A stretch of 64,000 nucleotides of DNA from NCBI RefSeq assembly GCF_009914755.1, contig NC_060928.1, one strand, 5' to 3'. How positions within the stretch are numbered: position 1 is the stretch's first letter; every line of letters starts with the position of its first letter. Under the pieces are notes generated by a model. The model was given only the letters and a program-made list of their open reading frames with translations. It was not told where the DNA came from and did no database searches. The DNA comes from the human T2T-CHM13v2.0 reference genome, Homo sapiens. The position numbers and the translations under genes were made by a program. Positions 1 through 13,278 of this stretch are shown here, piece after piece.

Positions 1-477
1 TGAGAGTTACACATTGGTTCAAAGAAATTTAGCACAATGGATTCCTCTGTTTCTAGGAAAAACAAGAATGAATCCATTACAAAGAATATAAAGAGGAAAA
101 TATTCTATTAGTGTATTATTTGTTATTTGACAATGTCTTATTAATTACATAGCATCTTTTATATCTATAACCTCAGCTTTCAGCTCCTCATTCATTCCTT
201 AATTCATTTACTTAATTCATAATTAACTTTTTAAGGAATGAAACTGGATGACAGAGGAGTGAATAGTGTATCAATTCCAGGTTCAGACCTTGGTTTGGTC
301 TTTATTTTTCATTCCTTTCTTCTCACTTCCTACCTCTCTACCTTCCCTTTTTGACTGTTTGGTAGAGAAAAGCATTCAAAACTGATAATAGAAAATAAGA
401 CAAAAGTACTATGGGAGTCTTGGCATTGGCAGCCATCTCACAATCTTTCTGTTGCTGTTTTCTTTTATCTATTTCAG

Positions 478-516
478 CAAGAGTTAATCTGCACAGCCGT
501 CACTGAATCTATATTG
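478..516 (+). other. Candidate 39-bp internal exon (unverified)
   Basis: Pyrimidine tract ctttctgttgctgttttcttttatctatttcAG (ends 477) and donor TTG|GTAAGA (517). Phase-0 frame is open (QELICTAVTESIL). No transcript evidence is available. Confidence 0.3.
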
Positions 517-1063
517 GTAAGACAACATGTTGCATGGTTCTGAAAGGATATTCTATATTCCTTACTGCCTGCAGAAAAAGGGGACAATAAACAGCAGAAA
601 CAAATACTATTTACACTAGACAAAATGACAACACCACTCACTGGCGGATGGGCTGGACTGCTTACCTAATCCTATACATGCTGTGAGGTTAGCCACCCTC
701 CACAAGGGATCATCTTCTCTCGGCTGTTGGTTAGTGACCCAGGGGTCAGAGGGTGGAGAGATACCTGGAACGGCATAATTGCGTTGGACTTAGGTCATTT
801 TCTCCATATCTGTTTCCCCCTCTACTCTAGGCTGGACCTTATACTGAAAGGTAGTGGTGGTAAGGCATCATCCTAGAAGCAGTCCCTTCTCCTGGCTGAT
901 TGTTGTTGACTGATTGCTCATCAGAGCAGCTTTACATATATTACCTTTACTCTTCTCAGGAACATTTGCACTTGTAGGAGGAGACTCTATTCCAACTTTC
1001 CTCATCCGTTGGAGATAGAAATGAGTACAGTAATTCAGTAGTTACTGCAAGACTCATGGATCT

Positions 1064-1943
1064 TATTGGGGCACAGAAACTAATATAGTATGGATATTTG
1101 TCCCCTTCAAATCTCATGTTGAAATGTGATTTCCAATATATTAGAGGTGGGACTTGGTAAGAGGTGTTTGGGTCATAGGGGCAGATCCCTCGTGAATGGC
1201 TTTATGCCCTACCCAGGATAATGAGTGAGTTATTGCTCTGTTAGTTCACTCAAGAGCAGGAGGCTGGCACCTCCCCCACTCTCTTTTTCCCTCCCTCACC
1301 ACGTGACATGCCTGCGAGCACACCTGCTCTGCCTTTGCCTTCTGCCAAAAGTAAAAGTTTTCTCAGGCCTCAATAGAAACCAAGCAGATACTGGTGCAAT
1401 GCTTGTATAGCCTGCAGAGCCATGAGCCAAATATACCTTTTTTCTTTATAAATTACTCAGTCTCAGGTATTCCTTTATAGCAGTGCACAATAGACTAATA
1501 CAGAAGTTGATAGCCCAAAATGTGGCATTTTGACATGCTGAACTGAAGAAGCTTCAAGCTGTCTCTGGCCTTCCCCTTCCCTCTGATTCTCCCAAAGCCT
1601 TTATCTACCTAAGATCAGACCCAACAAAAGAAAAAAAAGTTTTTGTTCCTCTCCTTATAATACCAAAAGTGTAACCACACCTGAACAGAATCTTTCACAA
1701 GATAATGTACAAGTTAATTTCTGTTTCCTGATCTATTTATCCTTCCTAGTAATCCACTCAACAGAATTTCTCTTTTCCTGAACCATGCTGTGGGATAGGA
1801 AATCACTCAGTGATTTTCCTATGTATACACATTAAATAGTTTTGTATACTTTTCTCCTATTAATCTGCTTCATGTCAGTAATTTTTAATGAACCTTCAGA
1901 AGCCCAAGGGGAACTTTCAAATTTCAAGTTTTCTATCTCTACA
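1064..1943 (+). mobile_element. MER39-like ERV1 solo LTR, split by an MST LTR
   Basis: tattggggcacagaa...tgatagcccaaaatgtggcattttgacatgctgaactgaagaagc matches the recalled MER39 5' end. The 3' part has the ttttctcctattaatctgc...gaaccttcaga motif. Confidence 0.75.
1081..1502 (+). mobile_element. MaLR MST (MSTB-like) solo LTR
   Basis: Starts taatatagtatgg..aaatctcatgttgaaatgtgat and ends cagtctcaggtattcctttatagc..gactaataca. Imperfect 5-bp TSD gaaac/gaagt. Confidence 0.85.
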
Positions 1944-2274
1944 AAGCTTAACAAGGGCAAGAAAATACGGATACATCTAGAAGTTCCTCTCCTTGTAGGC
2001 AAAGAATACCTAAAATCTCGAAAAGGAGAGGCAGGCTAACTGTCTAACTTATAATTCAGACCACTCTCCTCTCACAGCTAATGTCTATCTAAGTTCAGCT
2101 TTCATGATTCTAGATTGCCATCTAGTACTGGATTCAGAAGGAGGAGAACTGATGTTCATTCTAATGTCTTCAAACAATATTACTTTGCTTCCTGTGTGTT
2201 CCAGCTCCCAAAAAACTCCATCAAGTTATGCCTCTCAATACCCTCCAATGAAACTGATAGTGAACTGAAATAAT

Positions 2275-2950
2275 AAATGAATTAATTAAAGTAGCAGGAA
2301 AATAGTTAACACACAAAATCAATGGTCTACAAGTATATGAACAATAATGAGATGATGTTAAAAAAAACACTTTTGTAATTGCTACAAAATAAAAGATAAA
2401 ATATTTATGAATAAATATAACAAATATGCAAAGCCCACATTGAGGAAAACTTTAAAACACTCATGAAATACAGAAAAGTAAGCCTCACTAAATGGGAAGA
2501 CATTAGTTGCAATACAACATTACAAAAGCCTCATGCATGATTATCTCCTTTAGATAATTCATAAATTTAATATGATGTCAATAAAAATATAACTTTTTTC
2601 CCCTGGAGGTAGAAAAGTTGATTCTAAAGTTCTTATGAAATTAAAAAGATCAAATCATAAAACAGAAGACCAATTGCAGGTGACTAGTTTAACAGTTATT
2701 TAAAATACTACAAAGCTCCCATACTTAAACATTGTGTTACTTGTAAGTTAATAAACAGAAGGCTAATGAAAGGGAATAGTAAAATCAGAAATAGACCATG
2801 TTCATATAAAAATTTAGTATATATTAAACATGGCAAAATGATGGAATTTTAATAAAAGATGTTGGGACAAATGATAATCAGTGGGAAAAAACCATAAAAT
2901 TTAAAGCATACTTCACAAAATCCAAATAATAAACTCAAAATAAAAAATCA
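2275..2950 (+). mobile_element. Old L1M ORF2 fragment
   Basis: A-rich degenerate L1 ORF2 motifs (aaagtagcagg..acacaaaatcaat; gaaaagttgattctaaagtt; cagaaatagacc). Confidence 0.6.
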
Positions 2951-2952
2951 AT

Positions 2953-5040
2953 TATTCTGTAGGTTACCTGTTTACTCTGTTTATTGTTTCTTTTTCTGTG
3001 CAGAAGCTCTTTAGTTTAATTAGGTCCCACTTGTCAATTTTTTGTTTTTATTGCAATTGCTTTTGAAGACTTAGTCATAAATTCTTTCCCAAGACTGGTA
3101 TCCAGAAAGAATGGTGTTTCCTAGGTTTTCTTCTAGGATTCTTATGGTTTGAGGTCTTACATTTAAATATTTACTACATCTTGAGTTAATTTTTATATAT
3201 GATGATAGATAGTGGTCCAGTTTTATTCTTCTGTATATGTCTAACCAGCTGTCCTAACACCATTTATTGAATAGAGAGTCCTTCTCCCATCACTTATTTT
3301 TGTTGACTTTGTTGAAGATGAGATGGTTGTAGGTGTGTGGCTTTATTTCTGGGTTCTCTATTCTGTTCCACTGGTTGATGTGTCGGTTTTTGTAGCAGTA
3401 TCATGCTGTTTTGGTTACTGTAGCCTTATAATATAGTTTAAAGTTCTGGTAATGTGGTATCTCCAGCTTTGCTCTTTTTCCTTAGGATTGCTTTGGTAAT
3501 TGGGGTCTATTTTGGTTCCATATGAATTTTAGAATAGTTTTTTTCTAGTTTGGTGAAAAATGACACTGGTAGTTTAACAAGAATTGCACTGAATCTGTAG
3601 ATTGCTTTGGGCAGTATGGCCATTTCAACAATATTGATTATTCTGATCCCTGAGCTTGAAATATTTCTCCTTTTATTTATGTCACTTATGATTTATTTTA
3701 GCAGTGTTTTGTAGTTCTCCTTGTAGATATCTTTTACCTCCTTGGCTAGATGTATTCCAAGTATTTTATTTTTTATACAGTCAACCTACAGAATGAGAGA
3801 GAATATTTACAAACTACATAGCCAGAAAAGGTCTAATATTCAGAATCTATAAGAAACTTAAACAATTCATTATGCAGAAAACAAATAACTTCATTTAAAA
3901 GTACGCAAAAAAATGAACAAACACTTCTCAAAAGAAATCATACAAGCAGCCAACAAGCATATGAAAAAAGGCTCCACATCACTAATCATAAGAAAAATGC
4001 AAAGCAAAACTACCATGAGATGCCATCTCACACCTGTCAGAATGGCTACTACCAAAAAGTCAAAAAACAACAGATGCTGGTGAAGCTGCAGAGAAAAGGG
4101 AATGCTTATAACTGTTGGTGGGAATGTACCTTAGTTCAATCACTGTGGAAAGCAGTTTGAAGATTTCTCAAAGAACTTGAAACAGAACTACCATTCAACA
4201 CAGCAGTCCTGCTGTTGGCTATATACTGAAATGAAAGTAAATCATTCCACCAAAAAGACACATACAGTAACATGTTCATTGCATCACCATTTATAATAGC
4301 AAAGACATGGAATGCAATCAAGATAGGCGCCCAGCAGTGGTGGACTGGATGAAGAACATGTGGTACAGGCCGGGAGCGGTGGCTCACGCCTGTAATCCCA
4401 GCACTTTGGGAGGCTGAGGCGGGCGGATCACGAGATTAGGAGATCGAGACCATCCTGGCTAACACAGTGAAACACCGTCTCTACTAAAAATACAAAAAAT
4501 TAGCCGGGCATGGTGGCAGGCACCTGTAGTCCCAGCTACTAGGGAGGCTGAGGCAGGAGAATGGCGTGAACCTGGGAGGCACCACTGCACTCCAGCCTGG
4601 GCGATAGAGCGAGACTCTGTCTCAAAAAAAAAAAAAAAGAAAAAGAAAAAGAGCATGTGGTACATATACAGCATGGAATACTATGCAGCCATTAAAAAAA
4701 TTAAAATGATATCTTTGCAGCAGCATGGATGCAGCTGGAGGCCATTATCCAGAACAAATTAACATGTGAACAGAAAACCACTTATAAGTGAAACATTCAG
4801 ACAGCTAAACATTTACTACTCAGGAACATAAAGATGACAATAATGGACACTAGAGATTACTAGAGTGAAGAAGTAGGTGGGGCGGGGTTTGAAAAGCTAA
4901 CTATTGGGTACTATGCTTAGTACGTTGGTGACAGTATCAATTTTATCCCTAACCCCAGCATCATGCAATATACCCAGGTAACAAACCTGTACATGAGCCC
5001 CCTGAATATAAAATAAATAAATAAGTAAACAAAAATAAAT
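2953..5040 (+). mobile_element. L1PA15/16-like LINE, 5'-truncated with 5' inversion (2953-3776 inverted)
   Basis: Antisense ORF2 segment, then sense ORF2 end, 3'UTR (ctattgggtactatgc..cagcatcatgcaatatacccaggtaacaaacctg) and an A-rich tail. Confidence 0.9.
4368..4648 (+). mobile_element. AluY with ~25-bp internal deletion in the right arm
   Basis: Diagnostic gagatcgagaccatcctggctaac and gaatggcgtgaac. Poly-A present. TSD aagaacatgtggtaca/aagagcatgtggtaca. Confidence 0.97.
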
Positions 5041-5620
5041 ACAAAAACTAAGTGCAAAAAAAGAAAATCATAGAAGTACTAGAAGGAAACATGTAAATTC
5101 CTTTATATTCTCAAGATGGGAACATCTTTCTATTGTTCAAAATCAGAAACAAAAAAGAAATACAAGTTCAACTACCTTAAAAAATTTCTACATGCCAGAA
5201 AACAACTCAGCAACAAAAACAAACAAACTCAAAAGATAAATGATAAACTGGGAGGAAATACATGCAAAAAGCATCATAAAAGGGCTAATATTGTTAATAA
5301 ATAGACAACATTTAAAAATTGGTGCTAAAAAGACTGAATAAAAACCCACTAGAAAAATGATTAAGGGCCTCACAGTTTACAGAAATGAAAAAGCTTAGCA
5401 TATGTGTAATCTGATTTCCTAAGGAGAGGACCTAAAATATATATGAAACAAAAATGGCAAAATATTTTCTGACTTTAAAACATATTGTTAGTTCATAGAT
5501 CAAAGAAACACAATAAAGTCCAAACAGGATAAATACAAAAAAAAAAAACACACAAAAACCCATCATGCAAATTTCTGAAAATTAGTGATTAGGAGAAAAT
5601 CTAAAAGCAACCAGGAGGTG
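5041..5620 (+). mobile_element. Old L1M fragments
   Basis: Degenerate A-rich L1 motifs (agtactagaaggaaacatg; catagatcaaagaaacac..aacaggataaatac). Confidence 0.5.
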
Positions 5621-5644
5621 GGGGTGGAGGAGGGCACACATCAC

Positions 5645-6017
5645 AGATTCATATTTTGATGTCCTGAACCCAGTACCTCAGAATGTGACTATATTTAGAG
5701 ATAAGGCTTTTAAATAGGTAATTAAGGGTAACTGAGGTCACATAAGTGCACCCTAATTCAATCTGATTGCTGTCCTTATCAAAAGGGGAAATTTGGAAGC
5801 ATAGAGAGCTATCATGGGAATGCACACACAGAGAAAAGGCTGGTGACAAGATGGCCAGCCATCTGCAAGTCCAGGAGAGAGCCCTTAAAAGAAACTACTT
5901 GCTGATACCTTAATATTGGAATTCTATTCTACAGAACTGTGAGAAAATAAATTTCTGTTGTTTGAGCCATCCAGTGTGAGGTATTTTGTTATGGTAGCTG
6001 TAGCAAACTAATGTACA
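5645..6017 (+). mobile_element. MLT1B/C MaLR solo LTR
   Basis: cagtacctcagaatgtgact..gtccttat..cagaactgtgagaaaataaatttctgttgttt..tagcaaactaat. Confidence 0.85.
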
Positions 6018-7801
6018 CATTAAGAACAGAGAAATAAAGAGTGACCCCAGAATGAGCTTTTTGTATCTATAATGTATAGAAAGGGATAATTCCAGGGCTG
6101 TGTTGCTATTAATAGCATAGGGCATTAGGAGAGTACAGAAGGAAATTGATATAAATTATTAGTGGACTTTTCATGCCGTATAGAAGAATATCGATAGTAA
6201 CCTTGTAGCTATAACTTACCCAGCATTTTTTAAAGTTTGATCCTAAGAATTAGTTCTATAGAATGTTAATAAGTTTTCTTTGGAAAATAAGGGGCTTTAG
6301 AAAATTTTGTAATTTGCTATAAATCAAATACTTTTCTTGATTCAGGAAAATGCATCTACCAAACAGCGTAAGGTAATATGTGATGGCTTTTTCTAAATAC
6401 TTTAAAAACAAAAATTTAATTCACTTATTTGGACACTGATAAATGTTCACTGATTATATCTGAAAACTGCAGAAAGGAAATGTATTTTTCCCCTAAGCAC
6501 GTTTGTATGATGTTGATCTTAAAGATACTATGATCTCAAATTAAATATTTGAAATATCTTTTGTAACTCTTGATTGACTGTCTAAATCTTTGCTTAATTG
6601 AGATCATGGGTACAAAATATCAGCAAGACAAGATAGCATTTCTGATTTAATTAGATTTTCCTATTTGATTAAATTGGTTTTCAACTACATTTGAGAACAA
6701 GAGAAGACCAGTTCCAAGAAGATTTTGTACTTCCAGTCTGGCCTTTTAAGACATATCAAGGTTTTTCTGGTGTAAGTATTTTACTGATTATCTCATAAAA
6801 TCATTTCATGACAAATTCACAGTACAGTGGTTTTATGGTAAATGGAGAAAACAGAATGCACATAAAAATTTCTTCTAAAATCAAATCCAACTGCCTGCTA
6901 TTTAGTATCCACTATACCTTCATTATGATTAGGAAATGTCAGCTGTATTTCTATTTTCTTAAATTATTATTTGATGAAGTATTTTTAAAAAACTGTTAAT
7001 TCTGAATTCCATGGATTTCGCTTTAGTTGTAGTTGTTTGCCAGTTCCTTTGAGTTCAACATGCTGCAAGTTCACTCTGGTTTTAATGAATCAGAAGACTC
7101 CCACCTGGCACAGACTATCATTTGTTTGTTCAAAGTGACCTTCATTTTCTTGGGAAAGCATATTGTACAGATGACATAGTTATTCTAGGTTTCCATGCTA
7201 CTAGTTGTTAAAGGAAAAAAAAAACTCAGATTGGCATATTTACTTTTTGAAGCAGAGAAAATGTAAACAGTTTTATGAGATTTAGTTTCATAAGAGTTGC
7301 ACTCACCATCTCAATTATTTAAATATGAATAAAAGTGAATTCCTTCAAGACTGGTACAAAGCCAATGCTTGATTTAATAAACAGATGTATGAACAGAATT
7401 CTTTATAAGGAAACTAAATAGCTGAGAGAGGAGAAGGACAGAGCTGACATAAACCAAAAAAGTCTCCATAAAATTACAGAACATTAGAACTTGCAGTTCT
7501 CATAGAAACAATCTTCAGATAAATGGATCAAAAACTAAAGAGTGTTAGTGATTTTCCAAAGATGGTACAAGTAGGAGATTCTGTGGGATTGTCTTTGAAT
7601 GTGAATAATTAGTGTGCCAAAACTTTGCATTAACATTTCCTATAGCTTGTTCCTCAAGACTAAGTGTGGTAAATCTCTGCTAATGCCAATACCTGGCTTA
7701 ACAAGACCATTTATTTAGAAACTGTCACCCTAGCCAAAAACTTGTTCTCTCCATGCAACAGCTGCCTTTTGAACAATTTTCTTCTGGTCACCGTTAGGAT
7801 T

Positions 7802-7850
7802 TTTCATTTCATTTCATTTCATTTCATTTCATTTCATTTCATTTCATTTC
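7802..7850 (+). repeat. (TTTCA)9+TTTC pentanucleotide microsatellite
   Basis: Directly visible uninterrupted array. Confidence 0.98.
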
Positions 7851-7889
7851 TGTTCTTCTCCAGGCTCCCCAACATTCTGCTACTAAATT

Positions 7890-8035
7890 TCCATAATCCT
7901 CTTTCCTCCTTTGTAAAATGGGAAACAAAATCATAGAACTTTTATCCATGTAGCTGTTGTTAAAGCAAATTATGATCTTGTAAGCAAAGCATTTGTCATG
8001 TTATCTGAAACATAGTAAGTTTTCAGTGTGTTTGT
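7890..8035 (+). mobile_element. MIR fragment
   Basis: tttcctc..tgtaaaatggga core and the catagtaagt 3' motif. Confidence 0.6.
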
Positions 8036-8776
8036 TCTTAATTCTAAGGAGTGATATTATTGTAAAAAGCAAGTTAATTCTGTTAAAAGTCTCTCATTTA
8101 AAGTTTTTTTCCATTCTTGCATTTGAGGGAAGTAAGAAATAACAGGCGATCAAGCATGCAGAATCTTGTCATTTTGCTTTGTTATAACAGCATATTCCAG
8201 TCATAGACTGTCATATCTCACTATTTAATTGGACATGCATGAAAGGACAGAAAAGAGAGGAAAAATAACATTTTTGTGAATATTGTTCTTTTAGTGGCAT
8301 TGCAGCATATAAAACATTAGAGTTACACATCTTATTTCAAATGTAAATATTTCTTGTCTACTACTTTCTGTTTGTTCTTTACTCTGGAAACACTATTAAT
8401 GCGTGTGTAAAAATCTAGTTACCATGGTGATAAGTCTGGTTTTGCTCTTAGTTGTTACCTCTTTTCTTTTCTTTATAAATTTATCTCATAACATTTTTCT
8501 AAATTTCAAATTACAATTGTTTGGTAAAATAATTACTCTAAATAATAAAATAAAAATTTATATAATTTTAGGGCAAAATTATTTAGAGCTTTAAGAATTA
8601 ATAGCATTATTATAAATGACTCTCATCCTCTTGATTTTATCTAATGTACTTGATTTTTGAAAAGATGAGACCAATATTCAAGGTTGTGTTTATTAATCTT
8701 TAATTGTAGTATAAATTCTGGCACTAGGTTAGGTCAATTCTACAATAGTCATTGTGGCCTATTCATTTGGTTATCA

Positions 8777-8995
<219 letters not shown>

Positions 8996-11249
8996 CTAGG
9001 AAATTCTCAGCACCAGCAATGCCTGATGTACAGCTGAGTCCAATTAGCTTCACAAGTAGCATGTGACCACAGTCCAACTATAACAATGCAATGAATGATC
9101 AGTGACCAATCAGAACTTCTGTGAGAATTTGAAATTTGGCTTTCAAAGGATGTAGATTCACAAGTCATGCAAATTTTTGTCAGGAATGAAAGTTCTTTTT
9201 GTAGCAAGAAGTAGGCGACTTACTAAGAAAACAGAGTGAGAAATAATTTGACTCTAGAGGGATGGAAAAAGTAGTTGCCCTGATGGCTTCACAATTCATG
9301 ACTTCAACAAGGCTCAATTCTGCTTTTCCCTCATATCCCTTCGAAACATTTCCTCTTTATTTGAATGGATTCCTGTTCCTTGTCACCAAAGAAACATCAA
9401 TACTAATACTCTTGGTGATGCATTTACAAGGAGATCTAATGAAGCCCATGTATGCAGGATCATTTTAAAAAGACACTGTAGTTCTATTTTGTTGGCACAT
9501 AGATCCAATTTAAGTTCAGTGGCTCAAATTACACTGTTTAATTGCTTGAAAATCAGCAGAATTTGGTGGTACTTTCTTAGAGATTAACTCTTGGAGTTGA
9601 GTAGTATCCTCAAGACTTGTCAAAATATTACCAATAAGGTATTGAGATACTTTCATAAGATAACAAAGTGGCTCTAATGATAATTTCCCATTCCCAGTTG
9701 GCTTACATATTAAATACCAAAAGATAATTCTGAACTCGTGCACTTCTATTGCTCACACAGTCTTTTAAACTGAAAGCAATGTCCAATTAAGGACATAAAT
9801 GTTTAATAAAAGTTGAGATACATGTTTTTAATACTGAATTTAATAAAAATATGTCACATCTTTCATTACATGAAGATCCTCATTGCCTACAGAGTAAAAT
9901 CTAGAGGTAACATAAATGCAGGCACAGGTAACATAAGTGGCATAAGTGAAATAAATGCGGTCTGGCATAAGTAACAAAAGTACAGCTTCAGCATACTTTT
10001 TTAGACTCAGCATCCCAACGCTGGCCACCCTCTAAGCTACAATCATGCAGAATCACTTGCTACTTGCACAAAACACCATGATTTGGACATTCTAATGCTA
10101 TCAAAATAACATCCAAGCCAGTCTCAGTTCCTACTTTCTCAATCTCAAGTATGGAGCTTCACGGGGGACAGCATTTGGAAGTAAATTGCTGTATAAGGAC
10201 ATCAAATATTTGGGGAAATATGACAGCTGGTATTTGTTGTTTGGAAAAATGATCCAGCTATAGAGCAGGCTTATTTGGGACCTTAAAGTGAGTAAACAGG
10301 GATCACATCATGGCCAGAGATAAATATTTTCTTTTTCTTCTTCAGGGGCCCTGGAGGCAAGGAGAAGGAATTGTTCTTGCTAGCAACTGAGCAACTGGTT
10401 ACGCTCACCACAAAAAAACATAAAAAAAAAAAATTTATTTAACATTTTTTCTTACACAAGCCTGCCAGAGCCAGAGAAATCTCAAACAGAGATTAAGTGT
10501 AAAAAGACGTTTGGCATCTGTATTGTTAGTTCCTGGAATGGGTATGTGGCATAAAATTGGAAATCTCAGAGTCTATAGCTTTTTATTTTATTTTCAGTGT
10601 TTATATGTGGGTTTCTTTTTCTTTTTCTCTTATTCCTTTCCTCTATTTTCTTAGTTGAATCTAAGAAAATCATTTGATTCTTTGTTGAAAGTCAAGTCAG
10701 GCTACAGTCCGAAATAAGGAGAGAACAAGGACTTTATAATGTCTTAAGAAAAATTATCTTAAAGAAAAAGATAGATTATGTTTGAGTACTAATATAAGAC
10801 AAAATTTATTGCTTCAAATTTAGCCTCTAACGTAGGGGTTTGAGAAATGCCAACAGCAGCAGCACAATAGCACTAGCTACCATGAGATTTGTGAGAAAAA
10901 CACATGACAGAAGTTATATGGATTCCTACTGGGATACTGGAGGCAGGGATTATGAAGGTTTCACAGCGAAAGCAGAGGACTAAACAAACAGCAAACAAAC
11001 AAACAAAAAACCCTTGAATTCTACAGAGCACAGTGAAAAGTATGTGACAGTAAAATTAATTGTTCAACAAAATGTTCCCCACAAAACTGTTTAAATTATG
11101 AACCCTGGACAACTGGTATGCACAGATTATACTCTGGAGAATGTTAAAAAAAGATTTTCTTTTTATCTTTTCTCTCTCCTTCCATTTTCCCAGAAAACAT
11201 CATATATCTGATCTGATCTCTCATGTGTATATGATATTGGGATACATCA

Positions 11250-11490
11250 GTCCAATGAGTCTAAATCCTAGGATTTTATTTTATTTCATTTTGAACTCAG
11301 GCAGAGCATATATCTTTCTGCTGGAATTGCCACTCTGGAGAATTAGGTAAACTTCAAGTTGTTGGGGACCACTATTTTGAAAGGCTTGTCTGTGAATGAA
11401 GTCTGCACAGAACAATGCAGAGCCCAAGAGAAGGCAAAAGGAGAGAGAGAAAGAGGCTTGATGACATCGTTTGGGCCCCTAGAGCCACAA
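11250..11490 (+). mobile_element. Old MLT1 (J/K/L-like) LTR fragment
   Basis: tgaatgaagtc..cacag..gcagagcc..gagagagaga..tgatgacatcgtttgggcccctagagcca. Confidence 0.45.
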
Positions 11491-11656
11491 GCATTATAAG
11501 TTGCTTTGCTACACAGGACAGTACAGTACATACTTTGCTATAAGATAGTCAGTGTTGAAGTCCTGTCTGATACCATCATCTTGTTTGGAATCATTTTTTA
11601 TAAGAACTTGCATTTTTCTTATTAATTTCTTGGGTAGAGGACTAGTTTTGTGATAG

Positions 11657-11878
<222 letters not shown>

Positions 11879-12499
11879 TAACCATTTCAGATATTGAAAA
11901 ATGAGACTACTTAAGACTTGGGATTGAATCAATCCAACCTTGAAAATGTTACAGTGCTGGCTATTGATTCTAGTTAGGTTGACTGAGAAAAATACTAAAA
12001 TTCTACCAAGCCCCCTAGTTAAATCCATTTGCAGAGAATGAGAAAACTTGGAAGTGGAATACTTTTAAAGTTTAATTTCTTTTTATTAAAATCTGCAAAA
12101 GGAATTAATTTTAAATTTAATTTTTCTGTAAAACCTTACTAAGAAGGAGAGTTACAAATTGGAGGCATTTTTCTTAACTGACATTATTGTTGAGCTAAGC
12201 CACCATGTAGTACTAATTGAAAAACCTCTCCTAATGAACATGATTGAAAAGTGTGGATAGGCATACTTTGTAATTCATAATAAATTAGGGAGTGATATTT
12301 TAATCTAGTATATGCTGAAACCTTGGAGATAGCCTAATTAATGTCTGTTCTGATGCATTTTTTTGGCATAGACTAAATTGTCTGCCTCTCTTTACCCAGG
12401 AAGGTACAAAATAATCAGTTGTATGCATTGACAACTAGATGTAAGATGAAAAGAACAGAATTATCTTGATATACTTTAGGATCTTATATTCCAAAAACC

Positions 12500-12680
12500 G
12501 ATCCTCACAAAAGCCTCAGAAAAGCCCCATGAAATGGGTAATTTTATTATTCTCAGCTTATGCATGAGGAAAGAGCATAGAAAGCCAAAATAATTTGTCC
12601 AAACACACCCAGCTAGGATTTGAACATAAGAGGTAGAGCTGAGGTTTGGGAACATACGTAATCTGGTCTCCAAATTGCTT
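12500..12680 (-). mobile_element. MIR
   Basis: ccccatgaaatgggta..tattattctc..atgaggaaa..taatttgtccaa..cacccagcta. Confidence 0.65.
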
Positions 12681-12912
12681 GCTCCTCTAAAGGAAAAGGA
12701 GGTATTAATATGATGGAGTAGAGTATAAAGCATTCATTTGCGCATTCGTGGTATATTTTACCATGAAGTAGGGTACTGTGTCTTAGTTGTCTCTGATACA
12801 CTGCAGCTGTGTCAGGAAATGGACACAGTCTGTCACTTGGAGATATCTGGGTTTCACACAGCCTGTCATGTATTTTCTCTCCCTCTGTCTTGGAGCTGAG
12901 TAATATTCTCAA

Positions 12913-12914
<2 letters not shown>

Positions 12915-12959
<45 letters not shown>
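12915..12959 (+). repeat. (CT)n microsatellite
   Basis: Directly visible. It explains the RE/SL-repeat ORFs here. Confidence 0.97.
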
Positions 12960-13278
12960 GTCCACACCATCCATCTTTTATTTCTTTTTTTTTTTTGCCA
13001 CTGAGACACATATGGACATGCTTGTCTCATCCCAATATTAATATTTAAGAGCAAAGCAGGATCCCTTGCAAGCTTTAAGCTTAGAACCTGTGTAGACTCT
13101 GTGTATCAAGCCTTTACCAGCAATCTGCACTAATACCTGTTCAGATATGAATCAAAAGGTTATTTGATCTCCCTTTTCCTTGTGTTCTTTGTGTATAATC
13201 ATTTGGAAACCAGGAGGTATGTCGTGAGTGATTTGGCAAAGCATGAATTAGGCACTCTATATTGTTTGGAGTTAATAC

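Noticed and set aside
9005-9400. Possible ancient LTR33/LTR16-like fragment
   Set aside because: Similarity is too faint to support by eye.
10288-10541. Splice-like signals (donor 10288, acceptor 10345, donor 10542)
   Set aside because: The donor-acceptor spacing of 58 nt is too short for a typical intron, and the downstream segment is poly-A/T-rich. Too weak to call.
12613-13054. RE- and SL-repeat ORFs
   Set aside because: Produced by the (CT)n microsatellite.
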